NCBI GenBank assembly: GCA_026936335.1 | Contig: JAPMXV010000029.1 | Coordinates: forward strand, 1-64,000 | DNA: 64,000 bases | Direction: 5' to 3' | From: Mantamonas sphyraenae STR306 | Lineage: Eukaryota; Protista; CRuMs | Shown: positions 23,025 to 34,936 of the stretch, in pieces | Layout of the letters: each line of letters begins with the position of its first letter | How positions within the stretch are numbered: the first letter of the stretch is position 1 | Notes under the pieces: model-generated | Databases searched by the model: none | What the model saw: only the letters and a program-made list of their open reading frames with translations | Told to the model about the DNA's origin: nothing | Translations under genes and position numbers: made by a program

Positions 23025-24378
23025 TCACAGATGGCCGATCCACTTTGCCACACGTTCCATCACCTCGTCTGGAACGGTGCTCCACAGGGCCGTGGGAACA
23101 TACCCTTCCATCCCTCCTGCTTCAAACATCACATCCCGTTCCTCAGCGTTCATGGCCAGGACGACTTCCAATGCGGTGTCTTGCTCCACGGTGCCCAACA
23201 CCCAATGCCACGGTTTCCGCCATTCCCAATTTGAACCCCCGATCGATTTTGTGAATGAATACGTCGCCTGTGCCCCCCAACGCCTCAGTTGTGCAACCAC
23301 AGCATCCTGTCTGGCTTCCATGGCCAGCTGCAAGGCGGTATGCCCGTGCTCGCCTGCCCGAGCGTCCACAGCGACACCCCACTCTCTCAACTCGCCCATG
23401 GTGGCAATATCGCCACGCTGCGCAGCTGTTGTAAACTTCCTCGCTTGTGTCAAGTTGAACACCCTCTTGCAGCAGTCGATGCGCAAGCAAGTCGTGTTGT
23501 TGGTCAAAGCAGTCGTCAATTCCGTTTGCCCCAAGTCGTTGATGGGATTCTTGGCCAGATCAAGAATCTGCAGAGTGCTGTTTGAATGCAGGGCTGTGGC
23601 GATGGCGATGGCTCCGTCGTCATCGATGCTATTGTGGTAGAGATTCAGAGACTGCAGGGTGCTATTTGCCAACAGAGCAGTAGCCAAGGCAACAGCGCCT
23701 TTTCATTCGATGTGGTTGTGGGCGAGTGAAAGGTCTGTCAGCCTGACGTTGTGTGTGAGCGCTGCAGCGAGGGCCTCTGCGCCTTGGCAGCTGATTTGGT
23801 TGTGGGTGAGTGTCAAGATGCACAGAGAAGTGTTTGCAGAAAGCCAACTGGCCAACGAGGCGGCAAAGGCGTCGCCAACGGTGTTGAAGGCGACGTTCAG
23901 CTCGTTCAACGTGTTGTTTGCATCCAGACGGAACGACTCGTCATCGAGGTTGGTTTTCAGGAGACTGAGGAGAGCAGAGAGTTGTTGTGGTTCAACGACT
24001 CGATGATTGCAATGCATCCTTTGCTTTCGATGACATTGCTGTTCAGCTTTAGCGTGTGGACGGTTGTGTTGGCGGTGAGGGCCTTGGCAAGGGCGGTTGC
24101 GCCGTGAGGGCCTACACCGCTCCGTGTGAGGTCCAGGACTTGAGGGTGGTGTTTGTGGCAATGCCAAATGATGCCAAAGAGGCGATTTGGGTGTCTGTGA
24201 GCTGCCATTGCCGCAGTGAGAGCGACTTGAGAGCGGGGGTGGGGTGGAGGCGAGTCAGGGCAGGTCCTTGCGCAGCAGCAAGGGGGAATGCGATTCAGCG
24301 TACTTTCCCAGCGTGTGACAGTGCCTCTTCAATAGACAATGGGTCGGAGGGGGAATCCAGCAGGTGATTCCAGTCCAT
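23025..24378 (-). pseudogene. Divergent frameshifted paralog E
   Basis: Exon-1-like MDWNHLLDSPSDPLSIEEALSHAGK then GTACGC (24378-24304); LRRs split across ORFs 23957-24208, 23703-24167 and 23025-23687; ankyrin GHTALQLAMEARQDAVVAQLRRWGA; WSTVPDEVMERVAKW. Confidence 0.8.
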
Positions 24379-24454
24379 GGTGGTTGGTTTGGGTGCGCAA
24401 GGACGCAGGGAAGAGTTTGCGCAGACACAAACCCAGTGGTGTTCATTCCCCACC

Positions 24455-26802
24455 TCACCCATCTCCTACGACCCACCCAATCACCCTCTCCATCACCTCA
24501 TCTGGCAGTGTCATCCACTCTGCACTCGGTTCATACGCCTCCATCCCACCACACTCAAACATCACCTCCCTCTCCTCCCCATTCATCACCAACGCCACCT
24601 CCATCGCCTCATCCACCTGTCCACCCCACCCAATCCAATGCCATGCCTTCCTCCACCCTGAATTCCTCACCATCTCCACCGTTTCCATCCTCGGCGTCGC
24701 TCCCCACGCTCGCAACACCTCCACAATCCTCTCGTCCCCTCGCTTCACTGCTCGCTCCAGCGCAGTTTCCTTTCCACTCTCCCCTGCAAAGGTGTCCACA
24801 GGCACACCCCACTCCCTCAAATCAGCCATCCTCACCACATCCCCACACTCCACAAACTCCACGTGCAGCGTCTTGTTTCTCTCCAGCAGTGACTGATAAG
24901 CCCAATGGTGGTGGTAAAGGATGCTCCAGCACGACCGATTGCCACGCATCGCCTGCGCCAGAGCTGCTGCTCCTTCTCCACCAATGCTATTGTCTCTGAG
25001 GCGCAGTTCCTGCAAGCTGCGGTTCTCACTCAGTGCCTGCGCCAGTGCTATTGCTCCTCCGACCCCGATGTTGTTGTAGCTGAGTTCCACAGTCTGCAAG
25101 CTTCTGTTCTCACTCAGTGCCTGCCCCAGTGCTACTGCTCCTTCTGCCCCGATACTGTTGCTGTGGAGATCCAGTGCCTGCAAGCTGCTGTTCTCACTCA
25201 GTGCCTGCGCCAGTGCCGCTGCTCCTTCGTCTCCAATACTGTTGTCGCCGAGTTCCAGTTTCTGCAAGCTGCGGTTCTCACTCAGTGCCTGCGCCAGTGC
25301 TATTGCTCCTCCGACCCCGATGTTGTTGTAGCCGAGTTCCAGAGTCTGCAAGCTACTGTTCTCGCTCAGTGCCTGCGCCAGTGCTGCTGCTCCGTCGTCC
25401 CCGATGCTGTTGTTTCGGAGGTCCAGTCTCTGCAAGCTGCAGTCCATACTCAGAGACTGCCCCAGTGCGGCTGCTCCTTCTGCCCCGATGCTGTTTTCGC
25501 TGAGGTGCAGTGTCCGCAAGCTGCTGTTCTCACTCAGTCCCTGAGCCAGTGCTGCTGCTCCATCGTCCCCGATGCTGTTGTTGTAGAGATCCAGTGTCTG
25601 CAAGCTGCTGTTTAAACAAAGTGCCTGCCCCAGTGCTGCTGCTCCTTCGTCCCCGATGCTGTTGCCATAGAGTTCCAGAGTCTGCAAGCTGCTGTTCTCG
25701 CTCAGTGCCTGCGCCAGTGCTGCTGCCCCTTTTCCCCCGATGCTGTTGCTGCTGAGGTCCAACGTCTGCAAGCTGGTGTTCTCACTCAGTCCCTGCGCCA
25801 GTGCTGCTGCTCCATCATTCCCAATCCTGTTGTTCCAGAGGTTCAGTTTCTGCAAGCTGCTGTTCATAAGCAGAGCCTGCCCCAGTGCTGCCGCTCCTTT
25901 GTCACCGATGCTGTTGTGGCTGAGTTCCAGAGTCTGCAAGCTGCTGTTCATACTCAGAGCCTGCGCCAGTGCTGCTGCTCCTTCGTCCCCGATGCTGTTG
26001 TGGCTGAGGTCCAGAGTCTGCAAGCTGTTGTTCTCACACAATGACTGCGCCAGCGCTGCTGCTCCTTCGTCACCGATGCTGTTCGTGCTGAGTTCCAGAG
26101 TCTGCAAGCAGCGATTCTCACACAATGACTGCGCAAGTGCCGTTGCTCCTACTGTCCCTATGCTGCTGCCCCCAAGCTTCAGTATCTGCAAGCTGGTGTT
26201 CTCACACAATGCCTGACCCAGTGCTGCTGCTCCTTCTGCCTCGATGTTGTTGTCGCTGAGACCCAGTATCTGCAGGCTGTGATTCTCACACAATGACTGC
26301 GCAAGTGCCGTTGCTCCTTCTGTCCCGATGCTTGCGTAACCAAGCTTCAGTGTCTGCAAGCTGGTGTTCTTACTTAGTGCGTGCGCCAGAGCTGCTGCGC
26401 CTTCGTCCCTGACTCTGTTACTTCTGAGGTCCAGTGTCTGCAGGCTACTGTTCGTATACAGAGCCTGCGCCAGTGCGGCCGCTCCTTTGGCTCCAATTCC
26501 GAAGCCGAGCTTCAGCGTCTGCAAGCTTGTGTTCGTCCCCAGCGCCTTGGCCAGTGCTACGGCCTCATTGTCTCCCAGCTTCTGCGTGATATTAATGCTC
26601 ATAATACTCAGCTTCTGTGTCCCACGTGTCAGCACACACACACCATGGTTTCCCTTCTCCCGCCCGCTTCTGCACGCGCCAAACATCCCGCTGCGTTCCA
26701 GGCGCAACCCACCTCTCCCTCTGCCTCCAGTGCCCTACAAATCTGTGCATAATCCCCGCTCTGCAGCAAAGCCACCCAATCGTCCGTCCGCAGCGAGTTC
26801 AT
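24455..26802 (-). CDS. Paralog F (20 LRR, the longest; no tail); exons 26802-26713 and 26614-24455
   Basis: Exon 1 MNSLRTDDWVALLQSGDY; conserved intron; intact ORF. Confidence 0.9.
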
Positions 26803-27443
26803 TGTGTCTGCGTTGCCCGTTGTGAGCGCGTGCACCAGCTTTCCCCCCTCCTCCTCCCTCTCCACCACCACTCCTATCTTTCACGTTCTCTACTGACCCC
26901 AATCTACCTCCTTTCTGTGATTCCTGTGCGAATGTGGCAGTTCCAAGATGCGTTGCATGCTGCTGCGCGTGCCAACTCCGAACCGCTTTTGCCAAAGGCC
27001 TCCAACCTTGCACCCCACATCTCCTTCCCTCCCAGTCCCAACTTTCCATTGTTTGCTGTCGTTGTCCACGTCACTCAGTCAGCCAATGGAATGACCACAC
27101 TTCTCCACAGCCCACCTCCACTACAGGCTTCATCACCACCTCGCTCGCAATGGACTGCCAGTGCAACCACCCCCTTCCATTGCATTGGCATTGCTATCTG
27201 TGTGTTGAATGTACCATCTCCCCACATTGCACCACCCCTCTCTACCTTCCTGCCAACCTCCTGCCCTTTCCTCCTCTTTGCGTCCGACGTCCATTCCTCC
27301 TTGCTGATCACACCCCACTGTTCACTCCTCCTCCACACGTTGCCTCTTCTCCGCCTCCCCTTCCACCTCATCCTTCAACACCTATCCAATCTTTCGCCCT
27401 CCTCCTCCACAAACTCAACCAACTTTTTCCTTCCGCCACGCCG

Positions 27444-29365
27444 TCACCACCCTCCCCTCCCTATCCACCCAATCACCCTCTCCATCACCTCATCCGGCAG
27501 TGTCACCCACTGCGCAGTCGCCTCATACCCCTCCATCCCTCCACACTCAAACATAACCTCCCTCTCCGCCCCGTTCATCACCAACGCCACCTCCATCACC
27601 TCATCCACCTGCCCACCCCACCCAATCCAATGCCACTCCTTCCTCCACCCTTCCCTCCTCACAATCTCCACCGTTTCCATCCTCGGCTTTGCACCCCATG
27701 CTCGCAACACCTCCACAATCCTCTCATCCCCTCGCTTCACTGCTCGTTCCAGCGCAGTCATCGTCCCTCCATCCCCTGCAAACGTGTCCACAGGCACACC
27801 CCACTCCATCAACTCTCTCATCTTCTCCACCTCCCCACACTCCACAAACTCCACATGCTGCGACCAGTTCCTCTCCAACAGCGACTGCAACGCATCATTG
27901 TCAGCGACGTCGATGCTCCAGCACGACCGATTGTCTTCCATTGCCTGCACCAATGATGCTTCTCCTTCTTCCTCGATGTTGTTGCTGTCGAGGTACAGAG
28001 TCTGCAAGCTGCTGTTCTCCCTCAGCATCTGAGCCAGTGCTGCTGCTCCTTCGTTGCCAATGTTGTTGCACTCGAGGTCGAGTGTCTGCAAGCTGCGCAA
28101 CCCACTCAGTGCCTGCGCTAGTGCGGCTGCTCCTTCGTCCCCGATACCGTTGATACGGAGACTCAGTGTCTGCAAGCTGTTGTTCTCACTCAGTGCCTGT
28201 GCAAGTGCTGCTGCTCCTTTGTCCCCGATGTTGTTGTATCCCAGGGTCAGTACCCGGAGGCTGCTGTTCTCACTCAGTGCCTGCGCAAGTGCTGTGGCTC
28301 CTTCTGCCCCTACGCTGTTTTTGCCGAGGTACAGTGTCTGCAAGCTGCTGTTCCCCCTCAGTGCCTTCCCCAGTGCTGCTGCTTCTTCGTCCTTGATGCT
28401 GTTCAAGCTGAGGTTCAGTGTCTGCAAGCTGCTGTTCTCCCTCAGTGCCTTCCCCAGTGCTGCTGCTCCCTCTGCACCAACTCTGTTCCATCTGAGATCC
28501 AGATTCTGCAAGCTGCGGTTCACACTCAGTGCCTGCGCCAGTGACGCTGCCCCTTCGTCCCCAAAGCCGTTGCAACCGAGGTCGAGTGTCTGCAAGCGGT
28601 GGTTCTCCCTCAGTGCCTGCGCCAGTGCGGCTGCCCCTTCTGCCCCGACACAATTCCGACTGAGGTGCAGAGTTTGCAGGCTGCTGTTCACACTCAATCC
28701 CTGCCCAAGTGCCGCTATTCCATCTGCACCGATCCTGTTGTTGCCGAGGTCCAGTGTCTGCAAACTGCGGTTCCCACTCATTCCCTGTGCCAGTGCGGCC
28801 GCGCCTTCGGCTCCTTCGGCTCTGATGCTGAAGCAGAGGTTCAGTGTCTGCAAGCTGCTGTTTTCAATCAGCGCCTGCCCCAGTGCTGCTGCTCCCTGTC
28901 CACTGAAGGGATTGTACGCGAGGTTCAGTGTCTGCAAGCTGTTGTTCTCTCGCAAAGCCTGCGCCACTGCCGCCACTCCTTGTTCTCCGATCTTGTTGTA
29001 ACTGAGGTCCAGTGTCTGCAAGCCACTGATGCCATCCAGAGCCTGCGCCACTGCGGCCGCTCCTTCGCCCCCGATGCTGTTGTCACTGAGGTCCAGTGTC
29101 TGCAAGCTGCTTTTTGACCCCAGCGCCTTGGCCAGAGTTACTGCCTCTTCGTCACCTAGATACTCGCCACGGATACACCAGCACTGTGCTCCACGTGTCA
29201 GCACACACTCCCTGGTTGTCCTTCATCCGCTTCTTGACGTGACAAACATTCGTCTGTGTCCCGATCCCAACCAACCTCTCCCTGTGCCGCCAGTGCACTA
29301 CAAATCCGTGAACGATCCCCGCTCCGCAGCAGTTCCTTCCAATCATCCGTCTCCAGATCGCCCGT
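27444..29365 (-). CDS. Paralog G (15 LRR, no tail); family ATG position reads ACG; exons 29365-29276 and 29183-27444
   Basis: Exon 1 (T)GDLETDDWKELLRSGDR...AQGE; exon 2 open; start codon uncertain. Confidence 0.72.
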
Positions 29366-29599
29366 TTCATCTGCAGTGCCTGTTGTGAGCGCGTGTGCAC
29401 CACCTTTCCCACTCCTTCCCTTCAGCGGCCGCTTTCCTCCTCCCTCGCCATCCTGCACGTTCTCCAACCACCCAAAGTACCCATCGACCCCCACTATGTC
29501 GTCAACCCACCTTGTTCGTCCATCTCCTTTTGTCAGTTGTGTTTGTTGTGCTTTGACAAGCGCACGCTCTCCCACCCCACTGGCATCTGCTGCGTATGA

Positions 29600-30550
29600 C
29601 ACTGCTGACTCTCCACCTGCTTCCTTCTCTTGAGTCTGCGTCGTCGCCCACCTTGCTGCACTTTGGCCCCATGACCTCTCCCCTTGCCACCCGGGGGTGA
29701 CTTTGTCGCAGACACATCCTCCTCCCACACACGCAACAGGCCTCATCCTCCCACTCCACCTCTCCGCCAAGTTCCCCAAATTCGATGAAAAATGTGCCTG
29801 GTGGTGGTCGTGGCGTCGTTTTCGCTTGTCGCCTTGCCAGCCCAGCCGACTACCTCGCCGCCTTCCTGCGCCACAAACCGCCCTCCCGCGGACCACACAC
29901 CCCCTTGGTCAGCACGACCACCCCTTGAACCTGTGTGTAGTCACCCACACACTTCCCAAGCACACTTCTACCACAGTCAGGCTGTGCATTCGTGAGCAGT
30001 GTCGCAGAAACTCACGCAGCTGGTTTCAGGCGGTGGCCGAGCACCCGCACCTTTGCCGCCCCCGTGCTCGCACCACAGGCCGCCCCATGCCCTCAGCCTC
30101 AGTCTCCGCCCTCCACACATCAACCACACCCCACTGGCCCTCATTCCACATTTCGCCACTTTTCAACCATTGCTGACAAGGCGAACAACCCGCTGCTCTC
30201 ACCAAAATCAGCCCAAACACGAATTTGTGTCTATCCGTGTGTTTCCCATGGACTCTTCTACCCGCTCGGTCTCAGGACCCAGCGAGTGCTGTGTGCCGAC
30301 ACAGGGCAGGTTTTGTGTGCCTTGATCCTCTCAGGCGGAGTTTCTACTCGCGCCCGTGTCATTCGTACAACCACAGTGTCATCAGTGACCAATGCATCAC
30401 CCGCAACAGTCTCATGGTATCCACTGCACAGAAGGAACACCCGGAGACGACTGGCAAAGTGATCACAGGCTCTAAGAGGCCGAGTGTGTTGGCCTCCCTT
30501 GTTCGCATCACCAAGCCACAATCTAACCTCCAGGCAGGTGCAACCTACCA
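29600..30550. repeat. Intergenic repeat, copy 2 of 13460-14550
   Basis: Colinear shared blocks with 13460-14550. Confidence 0.85.
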
Positions 30551-30857
30551 CCAGCGCATGAGCCCTCAAGATCGCCTGGGTCGACAAACCCCAACCCACG
30601 CCAAAGTGCACCTGCCTCCTCACCACTCTCATCGACCGGATCACACCCCACTTCACCTTCCGTTCTACCACCATCCCTCTCGTCAACGCCTGTCCAATCC
30701 CTCGCCCTCGCCTGGAATGAAGTCTTTCCACTTTGCACTTCAAGCACCGGAACTATTGATCCTTTGACGTGACATCCTATGTTCTCTGCATTGTACGCTG
30801 GGTGTCGACTCGTATGCGTCGCCAACGTTCTCGTATTCCGCGTCTCCATCCTCTCTT

Positions 30858-32487
30858 TCATCCACAGGCATTTCGTACGATGATGAACACGACGACTACG
30901 AAGATGAGCTCATGCCATTCACGAGTAGCAGCACGCCACTCGCTCTCGCATTCTCGACATAGGGGACTTTCCACCAGCGTCCTCGTTGGCACGACACACC
31001 TCGCCTCTTGCTTCCTCGACTCACATGACCCCATTACAGTGGCCATTGACGGTGCAGCACCCCTTCCCATCCACCCAATCACCCTCTCCATCACCTCATC
31101 CGGCAGTGTCACCCACCCTTCCCACCCTCTATCCTCCACATACTCCTCCATCCCACCACACCCAAACATGACTTCCCTCTCCTCCCCATTCATCACCAAC
31201 GCCACCTCCATCGCCTCATCCACGTGTCCACTCCACCCAATCCAATGCCACGCCTTTCTCCACCCTTCCTCCGCCACCGTCTCCACCGTTTCCATTCTTG
31301 GCTTCGCACCCCACACCCTCAACACCTCTACCAACCCGTCATCCCCTCGCTTCACTGCTCGCTCCAACGCGGTGTCCTCCCGCCCAAACCCAGCGAATGT
31401 GTCCACAGGCACACCCCACTCTCTCAACTCTCTCATCTTCTCCACATCCCCACACTCCACAAACTCCACGTGCTGCTTCTTGTTCCTCTCCAACAACAAC
31501 TGCAGTGCTTCAGCGTTGACACCCGTGATGCTCCAGCAACTTCGATTGCTTTCCAATGCTATTGTCAGAGCTGCTGCCCCTACCAACCCGATGCTGTTGT
31601 TCCAGAGGTGCTCAGTGTCCAGTGTCTGCAAGCTGCTGTTCACACTCAGCGCCTGCGCCAATGCTGCTACACCTTCGTCCCCGATGCTGTTGTCTCTGAG
31701 GTCCAGTTCCTGCAAGCTGCTGTTCTCTCTCAGTGCCTGCGCCAGTGCTGCTGCTCCTTCGTCCCCGATGCTGTTGTTGTCAAGCTTCAGTTTCTGCAAG
31801 CTGCCGTTCTCACTCAATGCCTGCGCCAGCGCTTCTGCTCCTTTGTCCCCGATGCTGTTATTGCTGAGGTACAGTTCCTGCAAGCTGCTGTTCTCTCTCA
31901 GTGCCTGCCCCAGTGCTGCTGCTCCTTCCGCCCCGATGCTGTTTTCGCTGAGGTTCAGGCTCTGCAAGCTGTTGTTCTCCCTCAGTGCCTGTGCCACTGC
32001 TGCTGCTCCTTCCGCCCCGATGCTGTTGTAGCTGAGGTACAGTTCCTGCAAGCTGCTGTTCTCACTCAGTGCCTGCGCCAGTGCTGCTGCTCCTTCGTCC
32101 CCGATTCCGTTCCAGCTGAGGATCAGTGTCTGCAAGCTGCTGTTCTCTCTCAGTGCCTGCCCCAGTGCTGCTGCTCCTTCCGCCCCGATGCCGTTGCTGC
32201 TGAGGTTCAGTTCCTGCAAGCTCCTGTTCCCCCTCAGTGCCTGTGCCAGTGCGGCTGCCTCATTGTCACCCAGACGATGGCCACGAATACGCAAACACTG
32301 TGTTCCACGTGTCAGCACACACACACTCCATGGTTTCCCTTCTCCCGTCCGCTTCTGCACGCGCCAACCATCCCGCTGCGTTCCAGGCGCAACCCACCTC
32401 TCCCTCTGCCTCCACTGCGCTGTGAATCCGTGCATGATCCCCGCTCTGCAGCAACGCCACCCAATCAACCACCTTCAGATTGCTCAT
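30858..32487 (-). CDS. Paralog H (9 LRR, unique extended C-terminus); exons 32487-32398 and 32297-30858
   Basis: Exon 1 MSNLKVVDWVALLQSGDH; conserved intron; sequence after GRGAAP differs from all other copies. Confidence 0.87.
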
Positions 32488-32575
32488 TTCGTCTGCGTTG
32501 CCCGTTGTGAGCGCGTGGGCTCCGACCTTTCCCTCTCCCCCTCCCCCCTCCCGGCTCCAGCGCCAACCCTCCACC

Positions 32576-32606
<31 letters not shown>

Positions 32607-33134
32607 GTCCATCCTGCGCCTTCTCTGTCCTTCAACTCTACCTCCTTTCTGTGATTCCTGGAAGAATGTGCTGTGCAAAGAAGCGTTGCCTGCGTCTGCG
32701 CGTGCCGCCGCTGCAACAACCTCGTTGCCAAGGCTTGGTCATGGATCACACCACGTCCCTCCCAGCCCCAACTTTCTATTGTTTGCTGTCGTTGTCCACG
32801 TCACTCAGTCAGCCAATGGAATGACCACTTCTCCACAGCCCACCTCAACTACTGGCTTCATCACCACCTCGCTCGCAATGGACAGCCAGTGCAACCCCCC
32901 TTCCATTGCATTGGCATTGCTATCTGTGTCTCCCCTCAGTGCACCAAGCCCCTCTCTGCCTTCCTGCCAACCTCCGGCCCAACTCTAACCCAACGACACT
33001 GCACACCCTCATTGGCCGTATCACACCGCTTACCTTCCGTTCATTCCACTCTTCAACGCCTCTCCAATCCCTTGCGTTCCTCCTCCAAACACCGCCGCCT
33101 CGAATGAACGCATTCATTCGCACATCTTTCCCAC

Positions 33135-34383
33135 TCACCCAGCTCTCCCCACCCACGCAATCACCCTCTCCATCACCTCATCCGGCAGTGTCATCCACTG
33201 TGCAGTCGGTTCATACGCCTCCATCCCACCACACGCAAACATCACCTCCCTCTCCGCCCCGTTCATCACCAACGCCACCTCTATCGCCTCATCCACCTGT
33301 GCACCCCACCCAATCCAATGCCACACCTTCCTCCACCCTTCCCTCGTCACCATCTCCACCGTGTCCGTCCTCGGCTGCGCTCCCCATGCCCGCAATGCCT
33401 CCACAATCCTCTCATCCCCTCCCTTGACTGCCCGTTCCAGCGCAGTCATCGTCCCTCCTTCCCCAGCAAACGTGTCCACAGGCACACCCCACTCCATCAA
33501 CTCTCTCATCTTCTCCACATCCCCACACTCCACAAACTCCACATGCTGCTTCTTGATGCTCTTCAAAAGCGACTGCAAAGTGCCGTTGCGGACGCCCATG
33601 ATGTCCCAGCACGAACGATTGCCTTGCATTGCCTGCACCAGCAATGCTGCTCCTACCGTCCCGATGCTGTTGTCACCAAGGAACAGTGTCTGCAGGCTGC
33701 GGTTCTCACTCAAGGCCCGCGCAAGTGCCGGTGCTCCTTCGTCCCCAATGCTGTTGTTGCTGAGGTCCAGTTCCTGCAAGCTGCGTAACCCAATCAGCGC
33801 CTGCGCAAGTGCCGCTGCTCCTTCGTCCCCAATGCTGTTGCGGCTGAGGTTCAGTGTCTGAAAGCTGCGTAACCCAATCAGTGCCTGCCCCAGCGCTGCT
33901 GCTCCTTCGTCCCCGATCCTGTTCTTGCCGAGGTTCAGTGTCTGAAAGCTGTTGTTCCCATTCAGTGCCTGCGCCAGTTCTGCTGCTCCTTCTGCCCCGA
34001 TTCTGTTGCGGCTGAGGTCCAATGTCTGCAAGCTGCTGTTCTCTCTCAGTGCCTGCGCAAGTGCTGCTGCTCCATCTGCCCCGATCCTGTTGAAGTCGAG
34101 CTTCAGTGTCTGCAAGCTGCTCCTCCCACTCAGTGCCTGTGCCAGTGCGGCTGCCTCATTGTCACCCAGAAGATCGCCACAAATACGCAAATACTGTGTT
34201 CCACGTGTCAGCACACACACCCCCCATGGTTTCCCTTCTCCCGTCCGCTTCTGCACGCGCCAAACATCCCGCTGCGTTCCAGGCGCAACCCACCTCTCCC
34301 TCTGCCTCCACTGCACTACAAATCTGTGTATGATCCCCGCTCTGCAGCACACTTTGCCAATCAACCATCTCCAGACTGCTCAT
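33135..34383 (-). CDS. Paralog I (7 LRR, no tail); exons 34383-34294 and 34193-33135
   Basis: Exon 1 MSSLEMVDWQSVLQSGDH; intact ORF. Confidence 0.9.
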
Positions 34384-34554
34384 TTTGTCTGTGTTGCCCG
34401 TTGTGAGCGCGTGGGCTCCGACCTTTCCCTCTCCCCCTCCCCCCTCCCGGCTCCAGCGCCCAGCCTCCTCTACCACCACCACCACCACCATCATCATCAT
34501 CAGTCCATCCTGCGCCTTCTCTGTCCTTCAACTCTACCTCCTTTCTGTGATTCC

Positions 34555-34600
34555 TGGAAGAATGTGGCAGTTCCAAGATGCGTTGCATGCTGCTGCGTGC
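34555..34600 (-). promoter_or_regulatory. Conserved upstream element (promoter-proximal motif or 5' exon) shared by most array genes; representative copy
   Basis: GCAGCAGCATGCAACGCATCTTGGAACTG(C/T)CACATTC-like sequence ~150-250 bp upstream of the ATG at ~16500, 18540, 26950, 34580, 37175, 38920, 43500, 46590, 49820 and 53895, followed by a GT donor-like site. Confidence 0.6.
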
Positions 34601-34936
34601 CAACTCCGTACCACTGTTTGCCAAAGGTCTCCACCATTGCACCACACATCTCCTTCCCTCCCAGCCCCAACTTTCTATTGTTTGCTGTCGTTGTCCACGT
34701 CACTCAGTCAGCCAATGGAATGACCACTTCTCCACAGCCCACCTCCACTACAGGCTTCATCACCACCTCGCTCGCCATGGACTGCCAGTGCAACCACCCC
34801 CTTCCATTGCATTGGCATTGCTGTCTGTGTGTTGAATGTACATTCTCCCCACATTGCACCAGCCCGTTTCTAACTCCTCCCTTTCCTCCTCTTTGCGTCC
34901 GACGTCCATTCCTCCTTGCTGATCACACCCCACTGT

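Noticed and set aside
24920-26614. CRISPR-like or diversity-generating-retroelement interpretation of the conserved/variable periodicity
   Set aside because: The units are in-frame 84-bp LRR codons in a eukaryotic gene; I saw no cas or reverse transcriptase gene and no adenine-specific template/variable pair
32570-32606. Poly-His coding tracts (also ~34475, 37070, 38815, 41290)
   Set aside because: (CAC/CAT)n microsatellites in the non-coding upstream region; His runs appear only in shadow ORFs
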